A stretch of DNA of 20,000 bases from Trichinella spiralis. Lineage: Eukaryota. Each line of letters begins with the position of its first letter. Positions within the stretch are counted from its first letter, which is position 1. The stretch covers positions 3,941,703-3,961,702 of the forward strand of contig NW_003526945.1 in the NCBI RefSeq assembly GCF_000181795.1, given 5' to 3'. The notes under the pieces were generated by a model. It made no database searches and was not told the DNA's origin. It saw only the letters and a program-made list of their open reading frames with translations. Shown in pieces: positions 1 to 12,300 of this stretch. A program made the position numbers and the translations under genes.

Positions 1-1082
1 TTTCCTCATTCAAGCGAATAATTTGAAATTTTCTTGCAACAATTTCCATCATACGGCTTGGGCAGATTTTCAATTACCACAGAAGAAAAGTTTCCATATT
101 TTTCAAAGCATCTCAAATGCAACTTGTAAATTGCAAATAATATTGCTAAAAATAATTTTCACTTTCATATATATATAAGGTTTACTTAACCAGGCATCAG
201 TATTGAAAGTTTGTCCTACATACTGAAAATTTTGCTATAAAATAAACAAAAGCAAGACTTTTTTCCTTTTTTATTTTTTTAACATTGAATCATGTGAAAA
301 ATGTCGACTTGTGAAACATGGTCAAGTGGCATTTTCAACGCTGATTGTAGATGCGTTTGGCATTTTTGTAATCTCAACTAATATTCAGCTTATTCTATAC
401 ACGCTTACGTCATCGGCTTTATTTGTTCATGCATGCTCTGTTGTTCGACTTGTCGAAATTGTTGCTAATGCCGTTGGCACACAATCATTTACTGTGTTCA
501 CACAACTTTCCTTCCCCCCCCCCTCTTTGAGAGGGGTTATGTCAACGGATGATGATTCATTGCTTACTTCATTGTTGAATTGGTTTTGCAATTTCACCTC
601 AACGCTTGACTCGAACTGAAGGGGTGTGGTGGGGGAGGCTGAGTGTCAAAATAACTGTCAATCAGACGAAAAATAAATTTTCAATTGTCTATCAAAATTA
701 CCATAAATTATTGCGATAGTTGTTTCACAATTTACGAAGTATCTCTTTGAAGGTTGCTTCTATTATGTTGGGGGTAAATTTTATCTCGTTTGACATTTCG
801 ATGTATAATAACTTCGTCGGTGTGTGACAGAGCGACTGCGATTTGCAACATGTTGTAACATAGCTTTTCGTTCGTTGTGATTATTTCAAAATTTTTTCAA
901 CCTTTTACAAATTGCAAATTTAATTTGATATTGTTTAAAAATGAAATGCGATGATTGTCCAGTTTTAGTTTTATAATTTTGATTTTCTCTTTTTTTCTTT
1001 CAATATCAACACCAGATATTATTTATAATCTAAAGATTAAACGTGGGGAAAAATTATACTTTTGATAAGAATCTATTTTTAG

Positions 1083-1771
1083 CATTATCAAATTGCGTAC
1101 GTAATTGTCAAAGCGGCAATTGCACCGAGGCCGGGCAATTGGATTTTGGAAAAGTCAATTGATGGGATTGAATGGAAACCTTGGCAGTATTTTGCTTATT
1201 CGGACGAAGCATGCATGCGCTATTATGGCGTGCCTGCTGCTGCAGTAGTGCCGAAAATAACACGAGACGATGAGGTGCTTTGCACTAGTCAGTTTTCCAA
1301 GTTGGATCCACTGGAAGATGGCGAAGTAAGTTGTAGATTTTTCAACTTTTGGAGAAAATCCTCGTGAATTTGTTGTGTATAAAAATTTTCTTCCATTTCA
1401 ATCCAGATTCACACATCACTAGTTAATGGTAGACCTGGCGTCGATGGTCCAAGCGATACTTTGCAGGTGAAAAAATTGTTCAATTTTGCATGCATTTTTA
1501 TAAACTTTACATTAATGTTTCAAGGAATTCACAAGAGCAAGATATGTCCGGCTTCGATTCCAGAAACTGCGTACATTGAATTCTGATCTGATTTACATCA
1601 CCAGGAAACCAAAGCATGAACACATTGATGAGTCTGTTACCCGAAGGGTAAGTTTGCTCATTTGATTATTTTTTTCATTCAAACAATTCAAATGTTCACT
1701 TGCTAACATCTCGATTTCTATTTTCCTTTTAGTACTTTTATGCAATTCGTGACATCAGCATTGGTGGCCAG
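1083..1771 (+). CDS. Laminin N-terminal (LN, domain VI), C-terminal part (exons 1-4 in window)
   Basis: [38 protein letters not shown]...[26 protein letters not shown]...[20 protein letters not shown]...[17 protein letters not shown] contains the hallmark alpha-LN motifs [11 protein letters not shown], PLExGEIHTSL and YFYxIxDISIGG. Confidence 0.95.
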
Positions 1772-4700
1772 TGTATTTGCTACGGCCATGCTGAAAGTTG
1801 TCCAGCTGATCCCGTTTCAGGAGTCAGTTTCAGAACTTTATTCTTCTTCTTCCATCAATTTGAGATTTTCGTTGAAAAATTAATGCATTTCAGCAATTAC
1901 AATGTGAATGCGTTCACAACACCTGCGGTGAAAATTGCGAACGATGCTGTCCATTGTTCAATCAGAAACAGTGGCGCCGAGGTACGACCAGCGATTCGGG
2001 CGATTGTGAACGTGAGTTATTACTGATCTATTATTATTATTATTTTATGTAAAAATAAGAAACGTAAGAAACAAAATGCAAATTTTAGCTTGTCAGTGTT
2101 TCAATCATGCGACGGAGTGTAGATATGACCCTGAAGTGGAGAAGCAGCATCTCAGTTTGACCCCCGAAGGTATCTACGAAGGAGGTGGAGTGTGCATTGA
2201 TTGTAAAGTGAGTTGTATTGGTTTTTGTATTCCATAATTATTTGTTTTTTTTTGCTTGTACATATTGTGCATAAATTTACAGCACAACACACAAGGCATC
2301 AATTGTCAAGAATGTAAAGATTTCTTTTACCGACCAACTGGCGTATCCGTGTACGATCAGAATACGTGCCAACCTTGCGAATGTGATCCGCTGGGTTCTA
2401 TTGACGGGTCGTGTGTTAAAGAACAGTCCACTGCACCGGAGGGAATGGTATGGGTGCACTTGTTTATTTGTTGTTAAATTTTCAAATTGACGTTTTAAAC
2501 GTTTTTGTTCAGAAACCCGGCGACTGTTTCTGCAAGCCTGGCTTCGGAGGCAAACGATGCGAAAGATGTGCTCTCGGCTATCGTAACTATCCTGTCTGCG
2601 AACCTTGTCCATGCTCTCGTGCTGGTTCTTCAAACTATGCTACCTGCGAGGAGGATTGCATATGCAAAGTATGCGCATTTGAAAAGTGCCAAAATAATAT
2701 TCAGCAGTGCAATCTTTTCTATTTGAATGATGATAGCGTTTTTTTAAATATGCCATTACTGATATTATTTTTCAGGAAAATGTGGAAGGAATATTTTGTG
2801 ACCATTGCAAACCAGGATTTTTCAACTTGGACGAGGATAATCCCGCCGGCTGTACAGCGTGTTTCTGCTTTGGCATGACGGACAAATGCAAAGAGGCTAA
2901 TTTGGCCAAGCGGACGGTTTGCTTGTTGTTTAAATATTTTTAACATGAAATTACCAGCCATATTGTTCTATTTTAGATCATTGACATGTCAAATTGGACT
3001 TTGTCCAATTTGGATGGTTCGAAATCTTACAAACCAACGTACGAAACGTTTGGTGGTCTATCGTTAACCATGGACAACCGTCGTATAAACGATATGACAT
3101 TGATGTATTGGAAAGCTCCAAACAACTACACTGGAGACATGGTATATTGGATTTTTTTCTTTTAGTAATTGGAAAAGCTCTGAATATGCAAATAGAAACT
3201 ATTTTAGATTGCTTCTTACGGAGGCAACCTTCGTTATTACGTCTATTTCGTAGCAGAACGTGATGGTTCTCACATTCCAATTGCCGATGTCGTTTTGAAA
3301 GTATGTTCTAGGCACGACAAATGACAAACAGATAAACAGATTACAAAATACATTAAACAGGGAAATGGATTGGAAATTGAGCATCACGTTGATCAACCGT
3401 TTTACGAGCGCGAAAATGTTACAGTAACCGTAAAATTGCACGAATCCTGGTCATGGCGTGATGTGAAATCGAAACGACCAGTGAGCAAAGTGGACTTCAT
3501 GACCGTGTTGGCAAATGTGGAACTGTTGATGATCAAAGCAGTTTATCGCAAATCTCAACTGCAATCGAAGTAATTTGCTTTTGTTTGCTTTATTTTAAAT
3601 TTTTTCTTTTCTTATAAATTATTTTTTCATTTGTTATTCAGCATTCATTCCATTTCTATGGAAGTGGCCGTTGTTGAGGCTGCTGAGAACAGCAACAACA
3701 ACAACAACAGTTCGCTGATGAAAAGTGTTGAAATGTGCGAATGTCCTGAAAAATATTCTGGTCTCTCTTGCCAGGTAATATATCCGTTGCATTTTTTAAT
3801 TTGATTCATATTCAAATGTGTTTCGAATGGATTTCAACAAACTTTAAAACTGTATTATTGCCCAATAGATTGGGACAAAAAAATACAATTCAATTGTTCT
3901 CTTATAAATATATTTGTGTAGAGCTGTATCCCTGGTCATCGACGATTGAATAACATTCTTTACAAAGGTCGGTGTGAAGCTTGCTTGTGCAACGGTCGAT
4001 CGTTACGTTGTGACGCACACACTGGTCATTGTTTGGTAATTTTATCGAAATACTTTTCATTTGATATGTTTCACTTGCGTGTTTCTTAATTTCTGTCGGC
4101 GGAAATGTAATATATAGTTTTTCTTAAATCTCTGGTACAGGACTGCACGCATCATACAACTGGTGCACGTTGTGAACACTGCGCTCGAGGTTACTATGGA
4201 AATCCCCAACTGCAAGGCGGTGATTCGGCTTGCAAACCTTGTGCATGCCCATTGTTGAATCCGGAGAACAATTTCAGTCCTACCTGCATCAGCGCTGAAT
4301 ATGGCCTAGCTCATTCATATTCCGCAGACTACATTTGTACAGACTGTCAGCTTGGATACACTGGAATCAAATGCGAACAGTATTGCACAATATATATATT
4401 TTGTATCTGTGAAAATTGACGTGTAATGGAATGCATTGTAGATGTGCCGATGGTTATTTTGGCGATCCAATGGTGCCCGGCAATTTTTGTCAACCTTGTC
4501 AGTGCAATGGGAATGTTGACACAGCAGCGGTTGGAAACTGTCATCATCGCACTGGCGAATGTTTGAAATGCATAGGCAATACTGTAGGGTGGAACTGTGA
4601 ACGTTGCAAGGACAGCTTTTACGGAAACGCTTTGGAGAACAACTGCCGAGGTGAGTTCTGAGCTTTACTGTCCATTGCTTCTTTGTGTGGATCAAGTGTT

Positions 4701-6296
4701 TGTTGATTCTCTTGTCAGCTTGTGGGTGCAATTTACATGGCTCGTTGTCGTTGAACTGCGATCAGTCGAACGGTACCTGCCCTTGCAAGAAGTATTTTAT
4801 CGGCAGGCAGTGCGATCAGTGTGAAGTGAGCAATTTATTTCTTTGTTTTATATTTATATTCTTATTTTTTATCGAAAATTTGAAAAAAAAGCTTAATGAA
4901 ATTGACCTGTGTAATATCGAAATGTATATATGTATTTTTTCTTTTGTTTGGTTCATTGGTTTGTCTGTTTAGGAAGGGTACGGCGATATTGAAAACGGAT
5001 GTGTGGAATGTGCTTGCAATGAAGTCGGCTCGTTATCGTTGCGTTGTGATCCCGTTTCTGGTCAGTGTCCGTGTAAAGCAGGCGTCTTTGGCAAACGCTG
5101 TGACACTTGTGTATCTGGATATTATGACTTCTCAGAACGAGGCTGTCGATGTATGTGCTTGTTTGTTTCTGTTTGATGTGAACTGTAATTTTATTATTGT
5201 TTTGTGTTTTAGTTTGCAATTGCTTTGCACCCGGCTCGGTGGAAAATGGAAAATGTGATTTGCAAACTGGGCAGTGTGTTTGCTTGCCGAATGTGGTTGG
5301 TCAAAAGTGCGATCGGTGCCAGGTAGACGATTCGAATATTATTAATTTTATGAAATTGCACATTTACATATTCATATTTGTTTGCCCCTTAAGGATGGTT
5401 ATTACAATATTTCCTCTGGCGAAGGTTGCAAACCTTGTGACTGTGATCCGCACGGTTCAGATGACGAAGTTTGCGATCAACACACTGGCCAGTGCAAGTG
5501 CAAGCATAATGTTGCAGGTGACAAGTGTGACAAGTGTGCTCCGAATTATTTTGGATATGTTAGCCACGGATGCAAAGGTATGTCTGTGTGTGTGTGTGTC
5601 TGTGTTTGAATTGTTTTAGCAATAATTATGATGAAATAGTCGAATAGGTTAATTGAAAATTGCCGAATAGAAATATAATATTTACTTTTCCATTTGATTT
5701 TCATTGCAGAATGTCCACGATGTCCAGCTCCAGGGCACGTATGCCATCCTACCACAGGCGAGTGCGTATGCCCCCCGAACACTGTTGGTGACATGTGTGA
5801 ACAGTGCGCGCAGAATTCTTGGAATTATGACCCTTTGAAAGGTTGTGAGGCCTGCGATTGCAATATCGATGGTTCCAAGTCGTCTGTTTGCGATTTGCAC
5901 ACTGGCAATTGTAAATGTCGCACCGGCTATACTGGCCAGAAGTGCAATCTTTGCATGCCGGGATTTTTCGACTTTCCTGTCTGTCGTCCTTGCCAGTGCT
6001 TTTTGCCGGGTACCGATCCGAATACATGTCACTCAGATGGATGCACTTGCGATGATCAAGGCCAGTGCGCTTGTAAGGTTGGTGCAGAATTGATGTTTTT
6101 ATCCGTTTGAAGATTCCTTTGATTGATTTTAATAATTTTATCATAGAAAAATGTGCATGGCTTAAAATGCGACGAATGTCAGCCATATTCGTTCAGTTTA
6201 GAAGAAGCCAATCCAGACGGATGCACGGAATGTTTTTGCTTTCAAAGAACAAACTTTTGCATTCAGTCTTCGTTTGTTTGGCAACAGGTTTGTAAT

Positions 6297-6332
<36 letters not shown>

Positions 6333-9300
6333 CTGCTATTTCATTTCGTCATTTCCATTTATTGTTCAGATTATTACCGAAGATCGGCATGCGTTTTTTG
6401 TCCAGCCATGGCTGTACCCGACGCGTATCCATGGACTGGAAGTGTTGCCTTCTGAACCGCTTGTCCTGAACTCATATCCAGCTGACCATACTCCCATTTA
6501 TTGGTCTTTGCCGAAAAGATTTCTCGGAGACAAAGTATACCTTATTTTTTATATGCATTTTTTCTCTCATTATTTCAATTTTATCTTGTGAAATTATTCG
6601 ACGCTGATTCTTATTTAAATTTTTTTAATGTAGATTCTTTCCTACAATGGATTGCTCCGATTTGAAGTTTCCAATATTGGCAATCATTTCATTGACGGCT
6701 CACTGAAGCCAGACGAACGTCTTTTCGAACAATATCCGCTGGTTGTATTGGTCGGCAATCATCGACTGGTATTTGAGCATTACAAAAGTCGATTCGAAAT
6801 TTCTCCGAACGGTGTCTATACGGTCAAGCTTCGACAGGTTTGGAAGAATTCGATAAATTTAAGCGTGAAATTTTCACTCGGTTCAATTATAATCTGTTCA
6901 ACATCAACAGGATCAGTGGAAAGCTCGTCAACAGAAAGAGTTGCCAGTTTCTCGCCAAGCGTTCATGACCGCTTTGCAAAATTTGCAAGCAGTTTACATC
7001 CGAGGCACCTTCAACGAGCGTATTCACGAAGCTAGGTGTGTAGCAGCTTGAGTTTTCATTTTTATTTTTACTTTATACTTACTTTATTTTTTCGTTGCTG
7101 CGTTTCAGCTTAAGCGGAGTGACAATGGACATGGCTGTGTACGAAAACACAACTTTAGCCGGAAACAAGACTGCAGTGGGCGTTGAAGCTTGCGATTGTC
7201 CCAAAGACTACAGCGGAACGTCGTGTCAGGTGAGAATTTTCATAGATCAATTTATATTGCTTATTTGCTGCTAACTGGGCAGCAACAACTGAACAGTGAA
7301 CACGACTGTGAACTGTGGACGTGAGTTGAGGGGTAGGCAGTAGGAGAGGCATAAAATTACTCTGTATGTTTCTTTGTTAATGGCAAATATTTGTTGAATA
7401 TTTGCTGTAAAAATGCAAATTTGTCATCTGTGAATAATTGTCCTCTTTTCAAGAAACCCGCCGACGGGTATTGCCGCAAGAAGCACGTGAATTATTTGGA
7501 TAGTACAAACGAGCTGGATTTGGTCGGTTGGGCAGAATCTTGCGCTTGCAATGAACATTCGTCTAGCTGCGACCGGGAAACGTGCGTCTGTTTGGTAAAT
7601 TTTGCTGTTTTTGTTGCTTCTAATCGTCGGCGATCGCATTTTCACCTACCTCTTTGTGCACATTTTGTTTCGTTGCTCATTTTTTCCAGTCCTGTCAGCA
7701 CAACACGACCGGCGATCATTGTGAACATTGCGCCGTCGGTTATTACGGCAATGCAAAAGAAGGAACGCCGCATGATTGTCGAAAATGCGCTTGTCCGCGT
7801 GCGGATCAGAGTTTCAGCCAGTCGTGTCGTTTGGTTGCTTCGGGCAAAGGATATGCGTGCGATCAGTGCGAACCCGGCTACACTGGAGTCTATTGCGAAC
7901 AGTAGGGACCGAACCGACAGTTGTCGGTGGCGGCTTGTGAATGAATTTGTTACTTTTCAGCTGTCTGTACGGATACTTTGGCGACCCGCAGCGAGAAGGC
8001 GGGAAATGCACCGCCTGCGATTGCAATCCTTACGGTTCGTTGTCTGAAATTTGCGATTCGACCAGCGGTCAGTGTCCGTGTCGAGAAGGAGTCACCGGCA
8101 GGGACTGTTCGGAATGTCAGTCCAGGTACGCTCTGGTCGGTGCTGAATGTCAGTGTAAGTTGGCAAATTGTGTAAATTCGCTGGGGATTTTTTGTATGTT
8201 TTTTTTTTGATTTTGTTCAATAATTGTATCTTCGTTGGCGTACAGCTTGCGACGTCGGTTGCACGAAAGAATTGATGATGGATGTGGATCAGCTGAACGC
8301 TGTCATACAGACGGTGAACATTTCCCACTTCATCCCGGCACCGTGGGGTCGTGCGTTGCGATTGCAAAACGACACCGCCAACATGCGTCGACAATTGGAA
8401 AGCATTTTGCAAGCTCGCGTCGACGCTGAGCAAATATTGCTCGACCTGAGCGACGGCGATGAGTTTACCAATCAAGTCGATTCTTTGCAAAAAGATGTCA
8501 CTTATCTGCAAGAGAGGACCATCTCCAGCAAGGCTAAAGCTGCACAATTTATGAACAATTCAGAACATGTGAAAATGGATGTTCGATCGACATTGGAAAA
8601 GGCTTTTGGTGAGTGCCTTTTGTTGTTGTTGTATTTGTAGAGCTTGACTTTTCTTTGGTGCACAAGTGGTGCGTTCACGGCACGGAACGTTCTGAATAGC
8701 AGGAAGAATGTTCAGAAGAGTATTTATTGTTGAGTTGTATTTTTCAAAATTACAACACGCTTCAGTTGATGATTCCTTCGTGGAAGATTCATGTTGTTTT
8801 TGTGCATGTGGAAAAGAAGCGATTTAAAAGCCGATTTACAAACGAGTTATTTGCTGACTTGATGTCAAAATTTGCAACGTTTTTTTCAGCCTTGCGTCAA
8901 GCTTTACTGATATACTTGGCAAGTGCTTCTGATGCGTCTCAGGAAGAGCTGACTGAATGGCTGGAGCAGATGAAGCAAACTTTGGACGAGATTCGAGGAC
9001 GAGACGAATATTTGCAAAAGCATCTGAGCCGCGCTGAAATGGAGCTCAGGTTTATTTGATATATTATATATATACAGCATTTGAAGTTTTGCTTGTTCAA
9101 TGTTTTGCTCTTTTATTATCGTTAAAGAAGACAAAAGGAACTGCTGGCAGTGGTGTTGGCGAAGAAGTTCAACGATACGCAGTTTGAACGACTGAAAGAG
9201 AAAATCTTGGCTGAAACGAAGCGTTGGGAAAATATGCGGGATATAATTTGGGATACGGTTCGCAAGCAGTCCACTTCCGCTTCGGGAACTCTGTCAACGG

Positions 9301-12300
9301 CTACCAAAATGCTCGAGCAATACATGGTACGTGTGTGATCGATGTTGGTTTTTTTTCTTCATTTTCATTCAATTGAGAATTATTGTATGTTTGTTTTTTG
9401 TTGTAGAATATTCTGGAAGATGTTGAAAATATTGGTGAAGGTTCGATGAAAGTGTTAACTGATGCACAGGAAAAGCTCGACAACGCCACACAAGATCTGC
9501 TCAACGTGCACGACAATTACAGGGTACGTAATATCCAGTGTTGTTGGTTTTGGGTATTTTTTTTGAAAAATAGACAAAACAAAAACTTATTATTCAATTG
9601 AAGGAAGCGAACCAGTCGATACCTCGACTCGAAGAAGCGTTGGTTCTTTGCGACAAAGAAGCAAGCCGGCTGGCAGTTTTGCTTCCGGCTCACCGGGAAA
9701 AGTATTACTATCCGGCTGAAAGCCACGCTGACATGTTGGAAGTGGAAGCGGCTGAAATTAAAAAGTGCAATTAATATTGATTGTTTGTTTTGGAAAAGAT
9801 TAACGTGTTTTATTTAAATTTGTAGCTCCTTTGCCGAAACTAAAGACGCATCTCATTTGGCTCTCGTTGCTTCGGGCGTGTATGAAAATATTATCGAAGC
9901 GTTGCAAAATGCATCCAAAGCTGCCGACCTGGCGCAAGAAGCAACTCATCGTACAGACAAGGTAATGCGAGTGTAAATTGCAATTATTAATACGTGAATA
10001 TATGTATATATTTGGTTTTCAAATGCCATTTCAGTTGATTTCTAATCCGGAATATCCGCTGGTGGATTCCGCACGTCAGGTAACCAATCACAGCATGGAA
10101 TTGCACAGGGATGCACAGTCGATCGACGTGAACGGTACGGGTCAAAAGAACATTGAAATGAAATTTTTCAAAAAAAAAACTAAACCGTTATTAAATTTTA
10201 TTGATAAATCAATTTTCGCAGGCTTGTTGAACAAAGTGACCGAATACGAGAATCGTACGAGCGGTATGAAGAGCAACATCGACGACTCGATGAAGGATTT
10301 GGAAAATATTTGGTCAAGTTTCGACAAATTTGATGGTAAAAATTTTTATTTTTTACACCACTTTTTGCTGTGATGAGTTTGTTTTTGCTTTGTTTTGTCT
10401 TTATTTTTGGTAGATTTTCACAACAAAATGGAAGGCGTGCACGATATTACGAAAAAGGTGGGCAAGCAGTCGTCCGCGGAAGAGGGCCAAACGTCTGCGG
10501 TTATTGACAGCGTCACTAGTCTGGGGAACAAAGTCGAAGAGTTTTTGTCTCTTACCAGTCTTGGCATTCGAAAAGTTACTGATTCTGGTTAGTGGGATTT
10601 TTATTTTTTTAAAAAAATATTTATTTATATTTTAATGATGTGCTGTTGTGTTCAAGTGAATCGATCATTGGAAGAGGTGCTTCGAGCAAGGGAACGTTTG
10701 AATCGTGTGCGCACTCAGGCCGACAATAACGACCAGAAAGTTTTCGATCTTAACAATAAATTGTCGCTGTTGAAAGAGAAAATCAAAGAAGCTCGTGAAA
10801 AAGCTTCCAAAGTTTGTCGTTTGGCTACGACCGTGTGCATTTTTGGGGTAGGGGCTGATAGAATTGTTGCTTTTGTAGGTGAAATTGTCTGTCAAATCGA
10901 ACGCGGACGATAAATGTTTCCGATCCTATTCGTCGCCGACGGTTCCGTCAATTTCGAACGAAATCAGTGTCGCCTACCGTCCCCTGGACCGTGTACCGAA
11001 TTCATTGTTATTTTTGACCCAAACTGAACGTACCAGAACGGTAAGATTTTTTTTTCTGTTTGCTTTTCAATGAGATTTTAATTTTAATGTTGGTTCCGTT
11101 GTTTCGGTGAATGGGGAGAATTTCGTTGAAAGTTCTCTTTCTCTCCTCGCAAAATTCTTTCTTTTTTTTCTGAATAATATTTTTTTTTCAAGCAAAATAC
11201 CGAATATATGGCAATTGAACTTCGTGATCGTCAAATTGTTTTCCTGTGGAATATTGGCGGTGGTGATCAAAAAGTGACCAATTTGAAGCAGATTCGATCA
11301 GTGGCACGTAAAGATCGCATCGCTTGGTATACGATTGATGTGAAACGGTATGTAATGGTAGTTTTTCATTTTGCTTTAATTCATTCTACGTGAAAGAAGG
11401 GAGAGTATTTCTTTTTTAGCAACGGCAACGCTGTGGTGTTGAATGTCACCGACGAAGAAGGCAGTACGACTGTGAATTACGATGGCGGCGGTTCACATGC
11501 AGTTTTCAACGCGATCCCTGGTCGGACGACATTATCTTTCGGCGCCGATCCATCAAAATTACCTCCCACAATTTCTACATCCCAATTTCGCGGAGCCGTT
11601 GGTCGGATCGAAGTCGACGGCCATGCGATTCCGTTGTGGAATTTCAACGCCGACGAACACTGCGTCGGCAATTTTCCAAAGTAGCGTCGTCGTTTTGCGT
11701 TCGGAAATTTTCCCCTTCCATATAATCAATTCTGCGCGCATTGTTTCAGAGCTTCCACCAAACCGTTGGAAGGCCTTGTGCAAGGGTGGATGTTCCGCGA
11801 CGGATATGCCCAAGTGGCGCCGAACAGTCTTTTGTACGACATGCGCGAATTCCGTATTCAAGTCAACTTTGCCACCTATTCTGAAACGGGTCTGCTCTAT
11901 TTCCGTGGTGATCCGGTGAGCGCCGACTTTTTGTGTTCTCATATCGCGCGTATTATTATTTCATAATTCTTTTTTCATCTAGAAAACAAAAGATTTCGTC
12001 TCTATTGAACTGAAAGATGGTCATGTTGTGCTTCAATTTTATCTGGGAGGCTTGTCGAAACTGCGCCTAGTTTCCCAGCATGCTTACAACGATGGAAAAT
12101 TTCACAATGTGCTAGCGTTGCGCATGAAGACCAATGGTGCGCGCAGTTGTTGTTGTTCATCATTCATTCGTGGTTGTTTGTTTATTTGCTGCTTCTTCTT
12201 TTTGTTCCAGGTACGTTGCGAGTCGACAGCGATAGCGATGTAGTTACTGGTGAAGCGGCTCCAGGCTCGACGGGCTTGAACATCCGCGATCATGATCACT

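Noticed and set aside
311..619. 102-aa plus-strand ORF in the upstream intron
   Set aside because: GTG start, no laminin LN motifs or other recognisable domain, and it crosses a C homopolymer.
6535..6633. Intron starting GTATACCTT, resembling a U12 (minor spliceosome) donor
   Set aside because: The U12 consensus is RTATCCTT; the extra A breaks it and there is no TCCTTAAC branch site near the acceptor. No AT-AC or GC-AG intron was needed anywhere in the model.
7913..7928. Small inverted repeat ACCGACA-GT-TGTCGGT in a short GC-rich intron
   Set aside because: A 7-bp stem is expected by chance in 20 kb.
8609..8889. Possible extra exon in the 281-nt coiled-coil intron (AG at 8640; ORF 8727)
   Set aside because: It would leave a 32-nt intron and has no good in-frame donor; the coiled coil is already of normal length without it.
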